Both the position numbers and the translations under genes were made by a program. Positions 17,062-21,537 of a stretch of 21,537 nucleotides of DNA are shown here, one piece after another. The stretch comes from Meiothermus sp. (GTDB taxonomy: Bacteria; Deinococcota; Deinococci; Deinococcales; Thermaceae), in assembly GCA_033762915.1 (NCBI GenBank), contig JANRLD010000035.1:1-21537 (forward strand), written 5' to 3'. How positions within the stretch are numbered: position 1 is the first letter of the stretch; the number at the start of each line of letters is the position of its first letter. Under the pieces are notes generated by a model. The model was not told where the DNA came from, searched no databases, and worked only from the letters and a program-made list of their open reading frames with translations.

Positions 17062-17691
17062 CTATGTGCTCAGCCTTACCCACCCCCCCTCCCAGTCCAG
17101 GTATTCCAGCGCCCCCAGCCGCTTTTTGTAGTCGTAGTGCGAGGGCTGGCGGTAGGCGTAGCCGGGGTAGTAGAGCCGCAGCCCGCGCTCCAGCGAGTAT
17201 TCGACGCACTTAAGGATCATGAAGATGCCCAGGCTGCGCCGCCCCAGGGCTGGGTCGAAGAACTGATAGACGCTCGAGCTGCTCCATTCCCCAACGTCGA
17301 GGTAGCTCATCCCCACCAGGCGGCCCCCCTGCCGCACCGTCAGGCTCAGGCACTCGCACGGCACCTCGGCGGGGTTGCGGTCGATGAAGGTGTAGAGCGA
17401 ATCCGGCACGTTGTGCTCGAAGCGTACCTTGTGCGCGGCGAACAGCTCTTCAGCCTCGGCATTCGAGTGGGCGGGCCCGAAGCGATACTCGAGGTCGGCA
17501 TGCCGCCGCAGCACCCGCCGCTGGCTGGTCGAAGGGCGGAACTCCGCCAGCCGCATCCGCAGCGGCATCACGTCGCCCTGACCGGTCTTGGAGTACCGAA
17601 AAAAGTACGCCCCGAAGTGCCGCCAACCCTGCGCCCACAGCGCGTCCATGAGGCGCGGGGGGACGCGGGACTCGAGGAAGTATTCGTTCAT
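17062..17691 (-). CDS. Arginyl-tRNA-protein transferase (Ate1/Bpt)-like aminoacyl transferase
   Basis: GWRHFG..FFR, PLR.RLAEFRPSTSQRRVLRR, SSVYQFFDP..GRRSLG.FMIL, YYPGY, YDYK. Confidence 0.87.
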   Translation of the reverse strand: MNEYFLESRVPPRLMDALWAQGWRHFGAYFFRYSKTGQGDVMPLRMRLAEFRPSTSQRRVLRRHADLEYRFGPAHSNAEAEELFAAHKVRFEHNVPDSLYTFIDRNPAEVPCECLSLTVRQGGRLVGMSYLDVGEWSSSSVYQFFDPALGRRSLGIFMILKCVEYSLERGLRLYYPGYAYRQPSHYDYKKRLGALEYLDWEGGWVRLST

Positions 17692-17851
17692 GGCAGAAGA
17701 CGCGGGGCGTCGAGGTCAGGCGCTCAAGGCCGAAGTTTGAAGGCCCCCACGACCCTCGACCCTCGGACAATCTTACGCCGGCGCCGCCCGCCGATAGCTG
17801 TCTCTCAGCCCCTATTGTCCCGCCGCCCCGCACCGATAATGCGTCACAACC

Positions 17852-18181
17852 ATGGACGACCTTACCATCGCCAACAACCCCGAAAAGCGCCGCTACGAGG
17901 TCAGCCTGGGGGGTGAGACCGTGGCCCACGCCGAGTACCGCGCCATTACCGGCGCGGTAATGTTCACCCACACTGAAGTTGATGAGCAACTCGAGGGCAG
18001 GGGGGTGGGGACCAAGCTGATCCGCTTTGCGCTCGAGGACACCAAGGCCCAGAGCCTCCTGGTAATCCCCATGTGCCCGTTCGTGGTGGCCTTCATCCAG
18101 CGCCACCGCGACGAGTTCGGATGTGGTTCATCCCCAGCAGCGGCGGATTTTCGGCTTATAGCGGTGGGCCCTGAGCCCTGA
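17852..18181 (+). CDS. YjdJ-type GNAT N-acetyltransferase, probably frameshifted near the 3' end (native-looking stop at 18161)
   Basis: NNPEKRRYE, FTHTEV...EGRGVG..L, IPMCPFV; see findings for the frameshift. Confidence 0.88.
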   Translation: MDDLTIANNPEKRRYEVSLGGETVAHAEYRAITGAVMFTHTEVDEQLEGRGVGTKLIRFALEDTKAQSLLVIPMCPFVVAFIQRHRDEFGCGSSPAAADFRLIAVGPEP

Positions 18182-18405
18182 GCGATGGGCCGAAAGCGGG
18201 AACAGGGTCGCGGGCAGCTCGGACGTTCAACAGGTCGAAGCGGGGGCCTGGATGGCCGAGCATCGGGCTTCTACGCACCACGGGCTTGAGGCGTCTGCCG
18301 CTCGTTGCTCGACCCCTTTGCCCGCCCCCCAACCCTCAGCTCGAGCAGCCGGTGCCTCATGGCCAAAAGGCCATCCGCCCCGTACAATCCGCATACGCTA
18401 ACCTT

Positions 18406-19317
18406 ATGAACAGCCTCCTCGAGCGTTTTCTCTCCGGCGACATGCGAGCTTTGGCTCGAGCCATTACCCTGGTCGAATCGGGCTACCCCGATGGGCAGGA
18501 ATTGCTAAAGGCGGTGCGGGGCAAGGGCAGCGCCAAGGTGGTGGGGCTGACCGGCAGCCCCGGTGCGGGCAAGAGCACCCTCACGGATCGGCTGATCGAA
18601 GAAGTGCGGAAGCACGGCGAGCGGGTGGCGGTGCTGGCCGTCGACCCTAGCAGCCCCTTCAGCGGCGGGGCCATCCTGGGCGACCGGATTCGCATGATGC
18701 GCCATCACGGCGACAACGGGGTGTACATCCGCTCGCTGGCTAGCCGGGGGGCGCTGGGCGGGCTGGCGGGGGCGGTGGTGGCGACGCTGGCACTCCTGGA
18801 AGCCTTCGGGTTCGAACAAATTTTCATAGAGACGGTGGGGGTGGGGCAGAGCGAGGTGGACATCGCTCGAGTGGCCGATACCACCGTGCTGATCCTCACG
18901 CCCGCGGCAGGCGACGCGGTGCAGGCATTCAAGGCCGGGGTGATGGAGATCGCCGATTTGTTCGTGGTTAACAAGTTCGACCTGCCGGGCGGCGAGCGGG
19001 TGGTGCAGGAGATCAAGGGCACCCTCGAGATGGCCGCCGCCCGCCCCGGCGGTTGGCGGCCCCCTGTCCTGACCGCGGTGGCCCCGAAGGCAGAGGGCAT
19101 CCCCGAGCTGTACGGGCAGATCAGGGCCCACTACCAGCACCTGGTGGACAAGGGGCTGCTCGAGGCCGACCGCCTCGAGCGCGCCCGCTTCGAGGTCGAG
19201 AGCGTGATCCAGGAGTGGGGCCGCCGCCGCAGCCAGCAAGACTCCGCCCTGATCGCCCAGGTCGCCCAGGGCCGGCTCACCCCGGAAGAGGCGGCCCTGG
19301 CGCTGTTGCGCGGCTAA
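18406..19317 (+). CDS. meaB: MeaB/ArgK GTPase, methylmalonyl-CoA mutase chaperone (303 aa)
   Basis: LARAITLVES, GSPGAGKST, AVDPSSPFSGGAILGDRIRM, ETVGVGQSE, KAGVMEIAD, NKFD; start ATG 18406. Confidence 0.95.
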   Translation: MNSLLERFLSGDMRALARAITLVESGYPDGQELLKAVRGKGSAKVVGLTGSPGAGKSTLTDRLIEEVRKHGERVAVLAVDPSSPFSGGAILGDRIRMMRHHGDNGVYIRSLASRGALGGLAGAVVATLALLEAFGFEQIFIETVGVGQSEVDIARVADTTVLILTPAAGDAVQAFKAGVMEIADLFVVNKFDLPGGERVVQEIKGTLEMAAARPGGWRPPVLTAVAPKAEGIPELYGQIRAHYQHLVDKGLLEADRLERARFEVESVIQEWGRRRSQQDSALIAQVAQGRLTPEEAALALLRG

Positions 19318-19369
19318 GGGCTCGAGCCGCTTCTGTAACGATTCAGAGAAACGGGGTAAAATACGGGCT

Positions 19370-20968
19370 ATGCCCCAAGAATGGTGGAAAACCGCCAGCA
19401 TCTATCAGATTTACCCCCGCAGCTTCCAAGACTCCAACGGCGACGGGATCGGCGACCTACAGGGGATTCGCAGCCGCCTGACCTACCTCAAAGACCTCGG
19501 GGTGGATTGCCTCTGGCTCTCGCCGTTCTACAAGTCGCCGATGGAAGATTTCGGCTACGACGTGGCCGACTACTGCTCGGTAGACCCCATCTTCGGCAAC
19601 ATGGGGGACTTTGATAAGTTGCTCGAGGACACCCACCGCCTGGGCATGCGGCTCATCATCGACCTGGTGCCCAACCACACCTCCGACCAGCACGCCTGGT
19701 TTAAGGAGTCGCGCAGGAGCCGCGACAACCCCAAGCGCGACTGGTACGTCTGGCGTGACCCTGCCGAGGGCGGTGGCCCGCCCAACAACTGGATGGCCTA
19801 CTTCGGCGGCCCGGCCTGGACGCTTGACCCCGTCACCGGGCAGTATTACCTGCACCAGTTCCTGCCCTCCCAGCCCGACCTCAACTTCCGCAACCTCGAG
19901 ATGCGCGAGGCCATGTACGAGGCTATGCGCTTCTGGCTGCGCAAGGGTGTGGACGGCTTCCGGGTGGACGTGATGTGGCTGCTCGTCGAGGACGCGGAGT
20001 TCCGCGACGAGCCCCCCAACCCCGACTGGAAGGAGGGCGAGTGGGACCGGGGAAGGCACCTCCACATCTACACCGAGGACCAGCCCGAGACGCGCCAGGT
20101 CGTCCGGGAGATGCGGCAGGTGCTCGAGGAGTTCGGCGGCGACCGGGTGATGGTGGGGGAGATGTACCTGCCCTACCACCAACTCATGCCCTACTACGGC
20201 ACTGCCGAGTCCCCCGCCTGCCACCTGCCCTTCAACTTCCACCTGATTTTCCGGGGGCTGCCCAACTGGACGGCGGAGAACATCCGCGCCATTGTGGAGG
20301 AGTATGAGGCCGCGCTGCCGCCCTTCGGGACGCCCAACTGGGTGCTGGGCAACCACGACCAGCACCGCCTGGCCACCCGGGTCGGCCAGGCCCAGGCCCG
20401 GGTGGCCGCAATGCTGCTCTTCACCCTGCGGGGCTCCCCCACTTGGTACTACGGCGACGAGATCGGGATGGTGGACGGGGCGATCCCCCTCGAGCGCATG
20501 CAGGACCCGGCCGGGTTGCGTCAGCTGAAGATCGTCGGGGAGCATGGCCTGGCCCCCACCCGCGACCCCGAGCGCACCCCCATGCAGTGGACGCCGCACG
20601 CCTTCGCGGGCTTCAGCAGCCGCGAGCCCTGGCTGCCGGTGACGGCCGACTACCTTCAGCGCAATGTCGAGGCCCAGGACGCCGACCCCGAGTCGATGCT
20701 GACTCTGGTGCGGACGCTGCTGCTGGTGCGCCGGGAGGTGCCGGACTTGCTCGAGGGCCCTTACCAGACCTACAAGGCCCCCGGGGGCGTTTTCGCCTAC
20801 CTGCGTGGCGGCTCGACCCTGGTCGCGCTCAACTTCACCGACCAGCCCAAGACGGTGGGCGTGCCGGCGGGTGATGTGCTGCTCTCGACCCACCTCGAGC
20901 GCTACGGAACTGTGAGTGACCGGCTCGAGTTGCGCCCGAACGAGGGTATAATTCTGCGGCTAACGTGA
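19370..20968 (+). CDS. GH13 alpha-glucosidase / oligo-1,6-glucosidase
   Basis: YQIYPRSF.D.NGDGIGDL, DLVPNHTS, catalytic GFRVDV, VGEMY, GNHD. Val after the nucleophile Asp is typical of enzymes active on alpha-1,6 bonds. Confidence 0.95.
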   Translation: MPQEWWKTASIYQIYPRSFQDSNGDGIGDLQGIRSRLTYLKDLGVDCLWLSPFYKSPMEDFGYDVADYCSVDPIFGNMGDFDKLLEDTHRLGMRLIIDLVPNHTSDQHAWFKESRRSRDNPKRDWYVWRDPAEGGGPPNNWMAYFGGPAWTLDPVTGQYYLHQFLPSQPDLNFRNLEMREAMYEAMRFWLRKGVDGFRVDVMWLLVEDAEFRDEPPNPDWKEGEWDRGRHLHIYTEDQPETRQVVREMRQVLEEFGGDRVMVGEMYLPYHQLMPYYGTAESPACHLPFNFHLIFRGLPNWTAENIRAIVEEYEAALPPFGTPNWVLGNHDQHRLATRVGQAQARVAAMLLFTLRGSPTWYYGDEIGMVDGAIPLERMQDPAGLRQLKIVGEHGLAPTRDPERTPMQWTPHAFAGFSSREPWLPVTADYLQRNVEAQDADPESMLTLVRTLLLVRREVPDLLEGPYQTYKAPGGVFAYLRGGSTLVALNFTDQPKTVGVPAGDVLLSTHLERYGTVSDRLELRPNEGIILRLT

Positions 20969-21069
20969 GCCCGTCGGGTGGCGGCGGGCGCAACTCGTGT
21001 TCGGGCTTGGCCCTGAAGCAGTGGCGCATGCCGCCTCCGGAAATCGCGGCCGCACGTACCGAACCCTCT

Positions 21070-21537
21070 ATGACACGCGTGCTGTTCGTATGCATGGGCA
21101 ACATCTGCCGCAGCCCGATGGCCGAGGGAATTCTGCGTAAGTTGCTGCTCGAGCGGGGCCTCGAGCAGCAGTTCGAGGTGGACTCGGCGGGAACCGGCGA
21201 CTGGCATACCGACGAGGCCGCCGACCGCCGTACCCAGCACGTCCTGAGTAAGCGCGGTGCCAATTTTCAGCACTCGGCCCGTCAGATTAACTCGGCAGAT
21301 GTGGACGGCTTCGACCACATCTTCGTGATGGACTTGGACAACCTTCGCACCCTCGAGCGCCGCTTCCCCGAGCACCGGGGAAAGTTCAGGCTGGTCATGG
21401 GCGAGGCCTCCGAGGGTCTGGGAATCAGCCCCTTTAACATCGCCGAGGTCCCCGACCCCTTCTACGGCGACCTGAGCGATTTCGAGAAGGTTTACGGGAT
21501 GCTCGAGGGGGCGCTGACGGCGTTCCTGGACAGCCAA
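21070..21537 (+). CDS. Low-molecular-weight protein-tyrosine phosphatase (3' partial; not in ORF track)
   Basis: Manual translation: MTRVLFVCMGNICRSPMAE...VDSAGTGDWH...FDHIFVMD...EVPDPFYG; open to the window end. Confidence 0.94.
   Translation, partial: MTRVLFVCMGNICRSPMAEGILRKLLLERGLEQQFEVDSAGTGDWHTDEAADRRTQHVLSKRGANFQHSARQINSADVDGFDHIFVMDLDNLRTLERRFPEHRGKFRLVMGEASEGLGISPFNIAEVPDPFYGDLSDFEKVYGMLEGALTAFLDSQ

Noticed and set aside
18286..18405. N-terminal extensions in the ORF track (meaB from 18286, RND from 3750, esterase from 8453, DoxX-like from 12469)
   Set aside because: Downstream ATGs have better SD or -10 context and match the family N-termini.
18406..19317. meaB without an adjacent mutase gene
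   Set aside because: Unlinked meaB is not unusual; the mutase may lie elsewhere in the genome.
17062..21537. Protein-modification module (Ate-like, GNAT, phosphatase as an arginine phosphatase)
   Set aside because: The genes are not co-operonic, and the phosphatase loop CMGNICRS has Ile rather than the Thr of YwlE-type arginine phosphatases.

Overview
High-GC chromosomal window whose gene content (TmrAB-like ABC pair, GH13 alpha-glucosidase, leaderless-type promoters, very frequent CTCGAG) points to a Thermaceae genome, most likely Meiothermus/Calidithermus-like (inference). Left to right: the left end of an IS5-family element; a minus-strand efflux operon (marR, two TolC-family genes, MFP, RND); an esterase; a repeat- and hairpin-rich spacer; a Bacillus TmrB-like P-loop protein; a 373-aa hypothetical; two paralogous DoxX-like membrane proteins; a heterodimeric ABC exporter; a Cys-poor Ate1/Bpt-like transferase; a frameshifted YjdJ-type GNAT; meaB; an alpha-glucosidase; and a low-molecular-weight phosphatase cut off by the window edge. 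I see no CRISPR array, RNA gene, prophage or defence system, and cannot claim a new multi-gene system. The most unusual signal is a family of degenerate 7-bp-periodic purine/pyrimidine repeats. It occupies gene junctions and has entered three coding sequences in frame, apparently forming one signal peptide. All family assignments come from motif recognition and recalled sequences, not database searches.
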